DNA of 64,000 bases from Octopus vulgaris (GCA_951406725.2 OX597839.1:28086001-28150000), one strand, 5' to 3'; shown: positions 38,691 to 55,631, counted from the stretch's first letter. Translations and numbers: made by a program. The notes: generated from the sequence alone by a model not told the origin.

Positions 38691-39764
38691 ATAATATGAT
38701 GTATATATATATGGATGATGTCTTGTGTAAGGTACAATTCAGAGGGATTTTTTTCCTTTTTATCCCTGAAAAATCTGCCCTTGGCCCAGGTAGGGCTGTG
38801 TTAAGTTTGCTTCTGACTGTGGTGTCGGGTTCAATCCCACTGCACGGTACCTTGGGCAAGTATCTTTTAACTAGTCTCAGATCAACCAAAGCCTTGTGAA
38901 TAGATTTGCTGAGCAGAAACTGAAAGAAGCTGGTAATGCATGTGTGTGTGAGAAGACAAACATCACCATCATACATGATGTCTTGTTCATTTGCAATCTT
39001 CCAAGGAAACGTACTTGGCCTGTTCGAAAGACCCGGGGAAATATTAACCGAACAGACTTTAAAATGATTTGTGGCAAAGAGTATTGGGTGGAAAACTGCT
39101 GACCCAGACATCAAAGGATTTTAGGAGGGATGGTCACCAGGGTAGTGGTTCACACACACAATTTAATTTAATGCTTGAAAGCATGTCAGGACTGCAGTGT
39201 ATCAAACACTATAGTGCTCCCCCTGTTTACTGCAGTGAGCTGTGCCTCAATAACAATGGCCTTATATTTTACAGTTACAAGACGACAGCAAAGAGGCAGA
39301 ACTGTTAGCATGCCAGGCAAAACTGCTTAGTGTCTTTACGTTCTGAGTTCAAATTCTGCCATGGGTTCGACTTTGCTTTTTGTTCTTTCAGGGTCGATAA
39401 AATAAGTACCAGTTGAGCACTGGGGTCGATATAATTGACTTATCCTGTCACCTACCTGACAACAGAGTCGTCTTGAGTGTCTCTGGAACATTCTCTTACG
39501 TGCAGGTGGCACGTAAAAAGCACCCACTACACTCACTGAGTGGTTGGCGTTAGGAAGGGCATCCAGCCGTAGAAACACTGCCAGATTTGACTGGGCCTGA
39601 TGAAGCCTTCTGGCTTCACAGACCCCAGTAGAACCGTCCAACCCATGCTAGCATGGAAAACGGACGCTAAACGATGATGATGAGGGTGGCGGGGATTTAA
39701 TAGTTAGAATTTTTGTTGGGTTTTTTTTCCCCTTATTTTATACATTTTTTAATTTATTTTTCAG

Positions 39765-41945
39765 GCTCAACCCATTCAATCCTTTGATGCTGAAGAAAAA
39801 AAGACTTCTCCCTCCCCCCTCTCTCTCTTTCTATCACTCAATTCCCTTCTCCCTTTGGATCAATTCCTCCAAAGAACTGTCAAATGGTTGTTGGTCAGTG
39901 TTTCTTGTTATTACCATTTTTTTTTTGTTCTATTTCTTGTCTCCCAACAAAACCACTTATTTCTCTGAATCCTTCAATTTTTTTTTTCCCTTTTTTTACT
40001 GACAACATATGTATGTATATATGCACACATACACACACAAACACACACACATATATATAGATATATATTTTGTGCCCTGACCTCCACCACAAAATATGCA
40101 CTGCCAACTCTGGAAAACTTAGACAAACCAATGTCGCAGCTCGGCCCACACGGATGACCAAATCCATTTTTTGAGATTACGTAACCAGAGCAACCCTTTT
40201 GATTTCTTTTTCTCTGTTTCATGAGTTTCTTTTTAATCGTATTGCTTTTATTAAGGATGGTGGATGGCAGAATAAGTACCTCATGGTATTGAAGTCCCCT
40301 TACCAACTTCAAATCCTGTCTGGTAGACTTTTCTTTTGCTCCTTCCAGGGGTTGATAAAAATAATGTAGTGCCAGTCAGACCCCCCCAGAAAATGAATGT
40401 ACTCTACTGTGCCCTTGTGCGCAATTTAGAAACCGTGGGACCTGCCGTAAGCCCAAGACGGGAACAAATGTAGTGGACCTGGTTTGACCGACTAGATAGT
40501 GGTGAGGGCAACTTGACCTTTCATCCGTACGAAAGGTCACTAAAGCAGAAACCAGGAAATATAGTCAGACTGTGTGTGTGTGAGGTGGCAGTTTGAATCA
40601 ATGAAATGTGTGCCTCTCTTTTCAAAAGTTTTGGGTCTCCTGCTCCCAACAAGGGACCCTAATTAATTCTATTACTACAACAACTAATAAATAGTGCTGC
40701 TATCACGACCACAATTAAAGCCTGCAAGGTGGAAGAATCGTTAGTCAGAAGAAAAACCTGGTAGGGTTTCCTCCAGTTTTTTTTTTTTTTTTTTTACATC
40801 CTGTGTTCCGATCCCAACATTACTGTCATCCCGTTCAGGGGTGATAGTCAAGTACTGGGATTAATGCCATCAACTAACACCCGCCTCCAAATTTCAGGCC
40901 TGTTATTACCACCACCACCACTACTACATATTTGTGAGCTGGGTCCTCACAGTCACCAGTTTCTCCAATTCTTATAGAGCTATAATCCCTAATTATTCTG
41001 AGTGTAGTTTGGGGTGCATGTATGGTACAGAGTTGGGGCTGCGTGCAGTGTAAAAAAAAAAAAAATTATTCCTCAAGATTTTAGGAGAAAGAAAGAAAAA
41101 AAAAAATGAGGAAACAAGAACAACAACAACAACAAACCATGTTTAGATAACCATCAATATTCATCATAGTTTTTTTTATTATATAAAAACAAAATTATGA
41201 AAATATATAAAAAAAAATATATATATATATAAATAAATAAAGACATTATTATTATTTACTCTTTGTGACCAAAAATGAATAATTTCAAGAACAATACCAA
41301 GTAAAAAAAAAAAAAAAGAAAAATCAAAATGTCCACTATGTTGAGCGAGTTTCTTCACTCAACTTTCTTCTTCAAGTGAAATTAGATACCAAAGTTACAG
41401 CAGAGATAAAGAGGCATAGTATATTATAAGCATCATCATCATCATTATTATTATTATTATGTTTCAAGAAACCAAAATCAAACCAGCACCATCAATATTT
41501 TTGGTGAACACTTCTTTATTTTGGCTTGGTGCCTTTCTCAACTGCCCCACACCCCACCCTTCCAACTAACCCCCTACCCAGCCATGCTACTTCTTTCTCT
41601 CTCTCTAACTTCATTCACACTGATAAAGAACAACCTGTGACCCTTTTTTTATATATATATATATATATAATTGCCCCCAATTTTGTTTCTGAATAATGTA
41701 TCCCCATGTGCCCCATGTTTTGTTTCCTTATATATTATGGGACAAATGAGTTGTAATTGTTGGTGGTGATGTCTACATGTGCTGGGCTAATATTTGAATA
41801 AGAAACTATACATACATGTAGGTTTATATGTGTGTGTATATATATATATTTATATAAATATATATAGACACAAATATCTATGCAGATATACATGCAACGA
41901 GGTGCAGTTGTCACAATCCTGTTCAATGTGCAGACAGCTGTTTAT

Positions 41946-41980
<35 letters not shown>

Positions 41981-43210
41981 GCTGTGTGTATATTGAAACA
42001 GGTGTCAATTGTTTACCATAGCAAAAAAGATTTTATTTAGAATTAATCTATAAATAACAAACTATTAAAATGGCTAAAACAAACGGCCCCTTGCTTTGGA
42101 GATTTTTGCTCAGTAGTGTCTGTTCTAACCCCTGTTTTATTGTGTAAAACCGTTGGACAAACGAACACTTTTTTTTTTTCACGAACACACACACAAACAC
42201 ATCTATATATATATATGAATATTTTTTCATTTGCCTCTTGAGTCAACTTCTGGTTCAATATTCTTTTAGCTTTTGTGAAAGTCTTTGTACAAAAAAAAAG
42301 AGAGAAAACAAACAAAAAAAAAAGCCCCACAAAAACTAAAAACAATTTGCCAACATATATAAAAAAAAGACTATTTCTAAACCCTACACTCTCTCTTTCT
42401 CTCTCTCTTTCTCTCTATATATATCTCAGCTTCCGTCTTTTCCTGTCAAATTTCGTAATATCATTCAATTTTTTTAGCAGAAAAAAAAAAAATAAAGGTT
42501 TCTCATTGCTACTCATGGGGCACTTTTTTTTTTTTTCTTTCACCGCCCCTGAATCCTTTTTGTATTTCATTTTTTATTAAAAAAAAAATCTGTGATTTAA
42601 AAAATTTAAGAATGCCAAGGGAAATAACTATGAATAATAACTAAGGGAGATAAACCACGTTACAGCATGCCTTTTTCTTTTTCCCTTCCATTCCAGGTAA
42701 AATAATAATAATAATAATTTTCAGCCGAAGACGTTGTCTTTATTGCTAACCTTAAGTATTTCCTTTGCCTTGGTTCATTTCAGCTGCAATTTATTTTCGA
42801 AATTTAATTTTGTCTCATTTATAGAGTAGCTTCCCATATTCCCCTTTATGACACTAATAATATTTAACACATTTTTCTTTTAGCTTCCTATTTTATACTT
42901 GGATAATTTTTTGTTCAACTTTTTCACACGTATATATATATATATATATTTATATATAATGTATGTATGTATGTATATATTTCTTTAAATTTTATTGTCC
43001 CTCCTCATTTGTGCTAAAAACCAAGACAACAGTTGCTGTACACTCTCACTTTCTCCCCCACACGTACAATAAATATCTTGACAAACGACTGGAATTATAA
43101 GCGCTAGAATTTACATTTAAAGTTGTCTCACTAATACAAGATTCCTATCTCTCCACGATATTCTCCACTCCCTCTTTTGGTAATTAATTTTTATTAAAAA
43201 AAATAAACAT
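39765..43210 (+). other. Putative non-coding terminal exon (3'UTR) of the septin; end uncertain
   Basis: GTAAGT donor at 37054 just after the stop; strong T-rich acceptor TTTATTTTTCAG ending 39764. The downstream region is poor in recognisable intact SINEs, rich in A/T tracts, and has several AATAAA (about 41232, 42491, 43068, 43202). Confidence 0.45.
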
Positions 43211-46200
43211 TTTTTTTAAGACTTGCTTCCCACATTGAACTACAAGCTGTTCTATTTTAAGGTATTTATTTAGTTCATCTCTTCCTCTCTCTCTCTTTCT
43301 CTCTCTCTCTCTGGTCAAGAAATTTAAAGTCATGATCCTCAATCAATGTCTGAAATCATTCTATTCTTTTTTTTTTTAAAGACTACAAAACTGGGAGATC
43401 ATGTGGAACGCCCGCCCCCATCCCATCTCCTTACTATCCTCCACTCTGGTTCCTTCTGTATTCCAGACCCAGTAAGGATGACTTTGCTCCAACATCCTTA
43501 CAATGTACCAGTAATCTACTAAAATCTTTCAACATTACTTTCCCCTTTAAAAAGAAGAAAAAAAACAATTTGTGCCTAAAATGGCCTGTTTGGGGGGAGG
43601 TGGCCCACGGTATGTGTGCAACTTTTTCATTTCCAAAACTGCTGTATCTACGATTGCTCCCTTAAATTCTTACATTTTGGGGTGGGGGGTTTTTTTTTTT
43701 TTTTGCTTCAAAACCAGTCACGACCATCAATAGCTAACTTCTAACTTCTTTTGCAAACTTCTACAGCCCCCACCCTTTTATTTCAGGTTCTCTGTCCCTG
43801 TTATCTCTATCCCTTCCTTTTAATAGAGAACATTCAATTCTGTCTCAACTTCTGCATCCTAACCTATATTATCTGTTCCCCCCCCCCTCTTCAATATTGA
43901 TCAGATTTATCTGACCCCCTCCTTCCCCCATCAACATTGAAATGTAAACTAAAATGAATAGCAATAATAAATAATTGTTACTAATTTTCCAATCAGAAGA
44001 AGGGAACAGGATAGTTAATTAGGTCCCCCCCACCCCCACCCAATGTTCAACTGATAATTAATTTTAGTCAACTTCGGCAGGATTTGAACTGAGGTTGGCT
44101 GGTTTGGTTATTCTTTTCTTTTATTTGAGATGGGGGAGGGGAACTCTCTTGAGAGATTTTAGTTCCATTAATTGACCCCAGTTTCTTTATTTGTTTCAGT
44201 CATTTTGACTTGTGGCCATGCTGGAGCACCCCCAAACATACACACACACACACACACATATATATATATGCACGACGGGCTTCTTTCAGTTTCCGACTAC
44301 CAAGCTTTGATCGACCCTAGGTGATAGTCGAAGGTACATGCCTAAGGTGCCACACAATAGGACTGAACCTGGAAGCATGTGGTTGGCAAGCAAACTTTCA
44401 TACCACACAGGTACGCTTGCTCCTATGTTACGGTATTTCCCCCCCACTCCCACCCTCCTTAATTAGAACCGGGGCCAAGGTAAAACTTTAGGCAACATTA
44501 AATATGCAAGGGGAGTAACTCAGTACTTCTCTGGTCCCGAATCAGTGGTTTGGGCAGAATCGGTAGAGCATCAGATAAAATGCCTTGTGCTATTCTTTCC
44601 AACATTTTACATTCTGAGTTCGAATCCCACTGAAGTAGACTTTGGGTGGGTTGATGAAATTAGGTCCCTGGATCAATGGACTTGACTAACCCACATCTTA
44701 AAAAGAATTATTGCTGACCTTGTGTCTAAATTAGAATCCATTATATGGCCATCCCTCCTTCCCCCAATACATTTGTGGAATTGGCAGTATTTTTCCTTAT
44801 TCCAATCCCTGCAGCCCCCTTTTCTAAACTGCTGTGCAATTGAAGTTGCAAAATTAACCCCAAAAAAGACAAATGTGTTGTTTTAATTCTTGTGATTCAT
44901 TTTAAACGTTTTTGACAATCGATTTTTTTGTTTGTTTGTTTGTTTTGTTAGTGTTTTGTGTATTAATAACTGTGAAGGGTGATTGTGGGATGGGGCGGGG
45001 TGGGTGTGAGCATCGCAGGATTTAAAGGGGTTCAGTTCTGAATGAACCATTTGGTTTCAATCCCAACTTGAACTAAATGTTTACTGTTCCCCAAATCTGT
45101 TCCCCTGTTGTCATTGCATCTTATTTCTGTTCTCTTGAATTATACAAACCCCTTGTGCCAAGTTAAACTTTCTTTTAAGGGTGGTGCCTGTAGTGTAAGC
45201 ACATGGCATTTGTGGTCAGTGTGCTGGGTTTACAATCATAAAGGTCGTAGGCTCAGTCTCTGCAGGAGTTCACCATTACCTTCTGCCAGAGCCACGTGGA
45301 GCTTAGGTGTTTTGCTCATAAACACACATACCACATACATGTATACATGAAGTGTTTAGCTTAGTCTCATGATTGAGAGGAGGGGCCTTGTGCTCTGAAA
45401 CAAAACCCTTCATTCAACATTGCTTTAGAGCAGTCTGCTAAAAAGCAGGAATAGTAGCGGCAGCTGGGAGCCAACCCTGCAAAGGACCAGTCGTTCTGTT
45501 CAGGGAAGAAGGATTTCAAGCCCAGTCGTTGAAATGCCCTGGAAACTAGAATGAATCCTGATCTGCCGGGCACAATTTGAATGCGTTAAAATCATTGAGT
45601 TTACTACATACATGCTCACAATTTCATTTACTGTTCCCATTTATACACCCACATGTGTATATATATGTACATGCATGTATACAGACACACGTTTTTGGGA
45701 CCATTCCTTGAATCTTTTGATTGTCTTTAAGTGTATGCTCCCCCCTTTTTTTTGCTGTCTTTTCTCTCCCCCCTCTCTTTCCCCTCGTCAATCACCCACT
45801 CTACATGTTATTGTTTGTTTGCCTTACTACGTACCTGTCTATGTATAAGTTACAGGTGTGTGTTTCTGTGTCTTCTGTCTTCTCCATCAATTTACCAACT
45901 TTGTATATGTTTTCGAAATAAACCTTCCCTCTACACCTGTAGTCTTAGTTTTCTCCTCTCACCTTTATTCTTCTTCCTTGATTGCTCTAATTTTCTTTCG
46001 TTTTGTCCGGCCCCTTTTTTACTATTTTTATGTTATTTTTTCCCCCCACATTTTCTGTTCCCCTTTGTGATGTCCCCTGCGTATCATAAAAAGCAACTAA
46101 AAAAGGTTGAGACAGGATTTGAACCCCCAGCTCATAAAACCCTTACCAGCAACGACCACTTATAGACCCATGGTTAAGAAGGTTGTCACTTGAGTGGGTA

Positions 46201-47046
46201 CAAAGGTATCATTCACCAGGGGTAGGAAGGAATTGCCAATGAATGGTTGCAGTTGTCAGCGATTCTCTACAACTGTTACAGTCCATGGCAACCTGGGCAA
46301 AATCATTGGTACACAGGGGAGGAGGGAGGGCGGAAGTCTTAGCAGCATTTCATCTGCTGCTACGTTCTGAGTTCAGATTCCACCGAGGTCATCTTTACAT
46401 TCTATCTTTTCAGGGCTGGATGAAATAAGCACCGGTGAAACACTGGCAATGATGTAATTGACTAACCCCCACCCCGTCACTCCTGCACTATCGCTTTTTT
46501 GTTCAGTTATAGGTAGGGGGGGGTGCAAATGTATTAGGGATTCCTTATTTTTATTTCTTGACTCTTTCTTCACTATTTCGGTAAATAAGTTATGGATCCT
46601 CACCAGTTTCAACGACCAGGATTCATCTCTTTGACCAACTAAACAAGTCAAAGAGTGTCTTTAGTGTTTAAGTGGCTGAGTGTTCCAGAGACACATGTCT
46701 ATCCCACAGCATAGTGTGTAACAAGGTGAGACCTTTCCTTGTTTTACAGGTACCACGATCTGTCTGACAGGCTTCCTCACCATTTCCATCTATCGTATTA
46801 AAAGACACTTATCACACATGCCCTGCACTGAGATTGAACCCAAGCCATGAGGATTGTAAAGCAAATTTCTTTACATACATCAGCAATTATGAGGTCAGAA
46901 TAAGACTGAACAGATGTTTTCCCCAAATTTGCCAGGCAAATGAAAATATCAATCATTGATTAGTATCTTCCTCCTCTCTCTCACACATACACACACACAC
47001 CCCAGGCTTCCAATATAATATGTTCACCAAATTCAAGGTATTCAGT

Positions 47047-47572
<526 letters not shown>

Positions 47573-47577
47573 TAATG

Positions 47578-47931
47578 AAAGAAGACCTGAAACTGCAAAT
47601 GTCTCTGCCCAGTGTATATCAATGAGAGAAAGGGGGAAACTCAAGAAGGAATTATTAAAAAACAAAAAAAATTAAAAATATCCTTTACACCCCTCCTGCA
47701 CAAATTTATCTAAGTTTTGACACTTTAGAGACATCAGATCTTACGAATCTGGATACCAAGACTGATAAGATCTGATGTCTCTAAAGTGTCAAAACTTGGA
47801 CAAATTTGTGCAGGAGGGGTGTAAAGGATGTTTTTTATTTTTTTTTTTTTTAATGATTCCTTCTTGAATTTCCCCCTTTCTCTTATTGATATTACACTGG
47901 GCAGGGACATTTGCAGTTTCAGGTCTTCTTT
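47578..47931. repeat. Foldback element: about 166-bp inverted arms, 22-nt spacer
   Basis: 47578-47743 is the imperfect reverse complement of 47766-47931. Confidence 0.9.
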
Positions 47932-48365
47932 TATTTCTTTCAGCCAATTAACCAAGGCCATGCTGGGGCAGTGCTTTCAAGGGGTTTAGTCAAAGAAATT
48001 GACCCCAGGACTTTTTTCTTTAAAGTTTGATAATTACCCTATTAGCCTCTTGCTGAACTGTTACGTTACAGGGATGTGAACAAACCAACACCAATTGTCA
48101 AGCTATACCAGGGACAAACTGATATTGTGGCAAGCTGACCACGCTGGGCAGTGTTTCATGTCTTTACTTTCTGAGTTCAAATTCCGTTGAAGTCGAGCTT
48201 GCGTTTCATAATTTCAGGGTCGATAAATTAAGTACCAGTTGCATACTAGGGTCGATCTAATCAACTGGGCCCCTCTCCCAAAATTTCAGGCCTTGTGCCA
48301 AGTGTAGAAAAGAATCTGTGTGTGTAAATGTGTATGGGTGTATATGTATGTATGTATGTATATAT

Positions 48366-49211
48366 ACATGGGCCGTGACTGCTGAGGATATGTGTAGGCT
48401 CGCAAGAAATGAAGCCAGTATGCTCCGTTGGATGTGTAATGTCAGTGTTCATACCCAACAGAGTGTAAGTGCCTTGAGAGAAAAGTTGGACCTGAGAAGC
48501 ATCAGATGTGATGTGCAAGAGAGGCATCTACGCTGGTATGGACACGTAGTAAGAATGGATGAAGATAGTTGTGTGAAAAAGTGCCACACCCTAGTGGTTG
48601 AGGGAACCTGTGGAAAAAGTAGACCCAGGAAAACCTGGGATGAGGTGGTGAAGAACGACCTTCGCGCTTTAGGTCTCACCGAGGAAATGAACAGAGACCG
48701 AGACCTTTCGAAGTATGCTGTGCGCGAGGAGACCCGGCAGGACACGTGAGGCCATAACCCATGGCCCCTACCTGGGACGTAGTCAGTCCACCTGTGCATA
48801 CCTTCCTTCTTGGGACACATGCCTCAACAGGTTTTCACAAGTAGAGTTAAGTGAAAATCAAATCAAATCAAAATCAATGAACATCAATGGAATTTGCATT
48901 TTTGTGGCACATAAGAAAACCATCCGAACGTGGCTGTAACCAGTAACGCATCGACTGGCCTCCGTGCTGTGGGCACGTAACAAACACCATCCGATCATGG
49001 CCGTTCGCCAGCCTCGTCTGGCACCTGTGTCGGTGGCACATAAAAAGCACCTACTACACTCACGGAGTGGTTGGCGTTAGGAAGGGCATCCAGCTGTAGA
49101 AACACTGCCAGATCAGACTGGGCCTGGCGCAGCCTTCTGGCTTCCCAGACCCCAGTTGAACCGTCCAACCCATGCTAGCATGGAAAGTGGATGCTAAATG
49201 ATGATGATGAT
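48366..49211 (+). mobile_element. 5'-truncated RTE-clade LINE (ORF C-terminus 48366-48749, 3'UTR, (GAT)n tail)
   Basis: TWAVT...MLRWMC...LRWYGHVVRMDEDSCVKK...GKSRPRKTWDEVVKNDL is the typical RTE C-terminal domain; it ends in the same tail as many short copies in the window. Confidence 0.88.
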
Positions 49212-50352
49212 ACATACACATATATATATATATATATATATACAGATACATACATACACATACATATACAAACATATATACATACATTATGTATGTATGT
49301 ATGCAACCAAGAAGTTACAAAGTGACTGGTTAAAAACCAGTCATACAAAATATCAACTAAGCTATTGGAATTATCTCCCTTCTTTGTTTTTCAGTTTAAC
49401 CATCTCAGAAGAAATTATTTTTTGTCTTCCAAATGCTAGAATAATCTCAAAGTTTTTCAGCTACAGATGGAGGTCTGCTAGTCTATATACCCTGGTTGAA
49501 ACAGCTGATGATTTCTGTTCTTAAATTACTTTTTTTTTAAGGACCAAAAGGATAATACATCAAATTTCTGAAACACCTGGATTTTTCTGAGATATTTTTA
49601 GTTGGTCATCAAATATTGTAATAAAATTTTTATATTATCAGATAAAATTGTATTAAAAAAAAACAGATTTTTGGTAATCAAATAAAAAAAAATTGAGCCC
49701 TGATGAGTTTAAACAGGGTCCTTCGATGTATTTGGGTTAAGATGGGTGTGGTGGTGGATTTACACAGCACACCAGAGAGCTTACAGAAGTCTAAATATTG
49801 CTCTCAATGACGACCATTGAAATTAAATTCTTACTGGGGACATTAAGAGACGAGGTACCCCATGGACATTCTCAGACCGAAGCAGTTTCAGACAATGTGA
49901 CAACAATAGAGACTTTTTTTTCTTTAATTACAAGTACAGTCCAGATAATGCAGGGGAATTGCCCCTCCCCCCCCCACACACACATCATGCTAGATTGATA
50001 TATCTTGGCATTTATTTATCAACCCCTGGAATGATGGCTGCAGCGGAAATCACGGTACTAGAGTGAACTCGGTAAGATTGTACCAATGGGCCATGTTATT
50101 TAATTCTAAGATCGTTTCCGATCTACAAATGACTGAGATGAGAGATTGAACCCAGTTCTGATTGTAGGGAAACCAACCAACTCGGTGGATATCGGGGGTT
50201 GGTTGGGTGATGTTTTCTCTAACAATTATAATGGCAGGATTAGTCTAAGGTAAGACAAGAAACCGATTCTATTAGAAATGTTCTGTGTTGTTTATAACAG
50301 AACACAGAACCAACCCAGAGTTGGATCTACGGTTTAAATTGGATTTGTTACT

Positions 50353-51494
50353 TACATACATATATATGTATATATATATACATTCATATATATATACAAA
50401 TATATATATATATATACATACATACATTCATATATATATATACATACATACATTCATATATATATATACATATATACATTCATATATATATATAGATGCA
50501 TACATATATATATACATATATACAAATATATATACATACATACATACATACATATATATATACATACATACATCTATATACATACACACACATATATATA
50601 TATATATACATACATACATCTATATACATACACACACATATATATACATATATACATACATATATATATACATACATACACACATATATATATACATATA
50701 TATACATACATATATATACACATATATATACATACATATATATACACATATATATACACACACATATATATATATACATATATATATGTACACACATATA
50801 TATATATACACATACACACACACACATACATGTATATACATATGTATATGTCTATGCGTATATATGCATGTATATATATGCGTATATATACATATGTGTA
50901 TATATATGTGTGTATATATATGTGTATATATATATGTATGTATATATATATATGTGTATATATATATATGTGTGCATGTGCATGTATATATATGCATATA
51001 TATACATATGTGTATATATATATGTATGTGTGTGTGTATATATGTATATATATGTGTATATATATGTGTGTATATATGTATATATATATGTGTGTGTGTA
51101 TATATATATATGTGTGTGTATATATATATATATGTGTATATATATATGTGTATATATATATGTGTGTATATATATATGTATGTGTATATATATGTATGTG
51201 TATATATATGTATGTATATATCTATATATATGTATATATCTATGTATATATATCTATATATGTATATATATCTATATATGTATATATATGTATATATATA
51301 TATATATGTGTGTATATATGTGTGTATATATATATATCTATGTGTATATATATATATATATCTATGTATGTATATATATCTATATATGTATATATATCTA
51401 TATGTATATATATCTATATATGTATATATGTATGTATATCTATATATGTATATATATATATATCTATATATGTATGTGTATGTATGTGTGTATA

Positions 51495-51574
<80 letters not shown>

Positions 51575-51602
51575 CTATATATTATATGTATATATATATC
51601 TA

Positions 51603-51647
<45 letters not shown>

Positions 51648-51648
51648 G

Positions 51649-51681
<33 letters not shown>

Positions 51682-51784
51682 GTATATATATGTATATATA
51701 TATATATGTATATATATGTGTATATATATATATATATATATGGATATATATATATATGGATATATGTATATATATATATATGGA

Positions 51785-51827
<43 letters not shown>

Positions 51828-51832
51828 GTATG

Positions 51833-51865
<33 letters not shown>

Positions 51866-52574
51866 GTACGTATATATATATATATGTATGTATATATATA
51901 TGTATGTATGTATATATATATGTATGTATGTATGTATATATATATGTATATATGTATGTATGTATATATGTATATATGTATGTATATATGTATATATATA
52001 TATGTATGTATATATATATATATATATGTATGTATATATATATGTATGTATATATATATATATGTATGTATATATGTATATATATATGTATGTATATATA
52101 TATGTATGTATATATATATGTATATATATATATATGTGTATATATGTATGTATATATATGTATATATATATATATATATGTGTATATATGTATGTATGTA
52201 TATGTATGTATATATATGTATATATGTATGTATATATATATGTATGTACATATATATGTATGTACATATATATATATATATATATGTATGTACATATATA
52301 TGTATGTACATATATATGTATGTACATATATATGTATATATATATGTATGTACATATATATGTATGTATGTGTATGTATGTATGTGTATATATGTATGTA
52401 TATATATATATGTATGTATATATATATATGTATGTATATATATATATATGTATATATATGTATGTATATGTATATATGTATGTGTATATACGTATAGATA
52501 TATGTGTATATATATATGTATGTGTATATATATATGCGTATATATACATGTGTATATATATATATGTGTATATG

Positions 52575-52605
<31 letters not shown>

Positions 52606-52857
52606 GTGTATATATATGTATGTTTATATATATATGTATATATATATATATGTATTTCTATGTGTATATATATGTATGTGTATATGTATGTATGTGTATA
52701 TGTATATATGTATGTGTATATATATATGTGTGTGTATATATATATATATATGTGTATATATACATATGTGTATATATATATGTGTGTATATATATGTGTA
52801 TATGTATATGTATATATATGTATGTATATGTATATATATGTATATATATATGTATAC

Positions 52858-52888
<31 letters not shown>

Positions 52889-52915
52889 TGTGTATATGTA
52901 TATGTATGTATATAT

Positions 52916-52953
<38 letters not shown>

Positions 52954-53196
52954 GTATATATATAAGTATATATATGTATATATATATATGTGTATATATA
53001 TATATGTGTATATGTATATATATATGTATGTGTATATATATATGTGTGTATATATATGTGTGTATATATATATATGTATATATATATATGTACGTATATA
53101 TATATGTATGTATATATATATGTATATATATATGTATGTATATATATATATGTATATATGTATGTATATATATATTTGTATGTATATATATGTATG

Positions 53197-53236
<40 letters not shown>

Positions 53237-53296
53237 TCTATATATGTATATATATCTATATATATATATGTATATATATCTGTATATATATATGTG

Positions 53297-53327
<31 letters not shown>

Positions 53328-54172
53328 CTATATATATATGTATATATATATGTATGTATATATATATATATATGTGTGTATAAATATATGTATATATATG
53401 TGTGTGTAGATATGTATATATATATATATGTGTAGATATGTATATATATATATGTATGTATATATATATATGTGTAGATATGTATATATATATGTGTGTG
53501 TATATATATAAGTATATATATGTATATATATATGTGTGTATATATATATATATATGTGTATATGTATATATATATATATGTGTATATGTATATATATATA
53601 TATGTATGCGTATATATATATGTGTATATATATATTATGTATATATATATATATTATATATATATGTGTAGATATGTATATATATGTGTAGATATGTATA
53701 TATATATATGTGTATATATGTATAAATTTATGTGTATATATATATATATGTGTATATGTATATATATGTGTATATATGTATGTGTATATATATATGTATG
53801 TGTATATATAAGTATATATATATATATATGCGTATATATATATGTGTATATATATATATATGTGTATATATATGTGTATATGTATATATATATATATATA
53901 TATATGCATGTGTATATATGCGTGTATATGCATGTGTTATGTGCGTATATATGCATGCGTATATATGCATGTATATATACATGTGTTTATATATATGTAT
54001 GTATATATAAGTATGTATATGTATATATATGTGTATATATATATATATATGTGTATATATATATGTATATATGTGTATATATATATGTATATATGTGTAT
54101 ATATATATGTATATATATATATGTATATATGTATGTACATGTATATATATGTATGTATATATATATGTATAC

Positions 54173-54226
<54 letters not shown>

Positions 54227-54801
54227 GTGTATATATATGTGTATATATATATGTATGTATGTATATATGTATGTGTATATATATATGTATGTATATATGT
54301 ATGTATATATGTATGTATATATATATATGTATGTATATATATATGTATATATATATGTATATATATATATATTTGTATGTATATATATGTGTATATATAT
54401 GTGTGTGTATATATGTATATATATATAATGTGTATATATATATGTGTATATGTATATATATATGTATATATATATATATGCGTATATGTATATATATGTA
54501 TGTGTATATATATATGTATGTGTATATATATATGTGTGTATATATGTATGTGTGTATATATATGTATGTGTATATATGTGTGTATATATATATATGTGTG
54601 TATATATATATGTATGTATATATATATATGTACGTATATATATATGTATGTATATATATATTTGTATGTATATATATATATGTATATGTATGTATGTATA
54701 CATATATGTATATATATATCTATATATGTATATATATCTATATATGTATATATATATATTATATATGTATATATATATATCTATATATGTATATATATAT
54801 G

Positions 54802-54834
<33 letters not shown>

Positions 54835-54868
54835 CTATATATATATATTATATATATATCTATATATG

Positions 54869-54899
<31 letters not shown>

Positions 54900-55195
54900 G
54901 TATATATATATATATATATGTGTATAAATATATGTATATATATGTGTGTATAGATGTGTGTGTATATATATATATATGTGTAGATATGTATATATATATG
55001 TATGTATATATATATGTGTAGATATGTATATATATATGTGTGTGTATATATGTATATATATATATGTGTGTATATATGTATATATATATATATGTGTATA
55101 TATATATATATATGTATATATATATGTTTATGTATGTATATATATATGTGTGTATATATATATGTGTATATATATATATATGTGTATATGTATAT

Positions 55196-55245
<50 letters not shown>

Positions 55246-55530
55246 GTGTATATATATATGTACATATATATATATGTATATATATATGTATATATATATG
55301 TATATATATATGTGTAGATATGTATATATATATGTGTAGATATGTATATATATATATGTGTGTGTGTATATATATATATTTATGTGTATATATATATATG
55401 TGTATATGTATATATATGTGTATATATATATGTATGTATATATATATATCTGTGTATATATATATGTATGTATATATAAGTATATATATATATATGTATG
55501 TATATATATATTTGTATATATATATATATG

Positions 55531-55570
<40 letters not shown>

Positions 55571-55574
55571 TATG

Positions 55575-55631
<57 letters not shown>

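Noticed and set aside
49695-49740. CTGATGAG as a hammerhead core
   Set aside because: No stem II plus GAAA follows.
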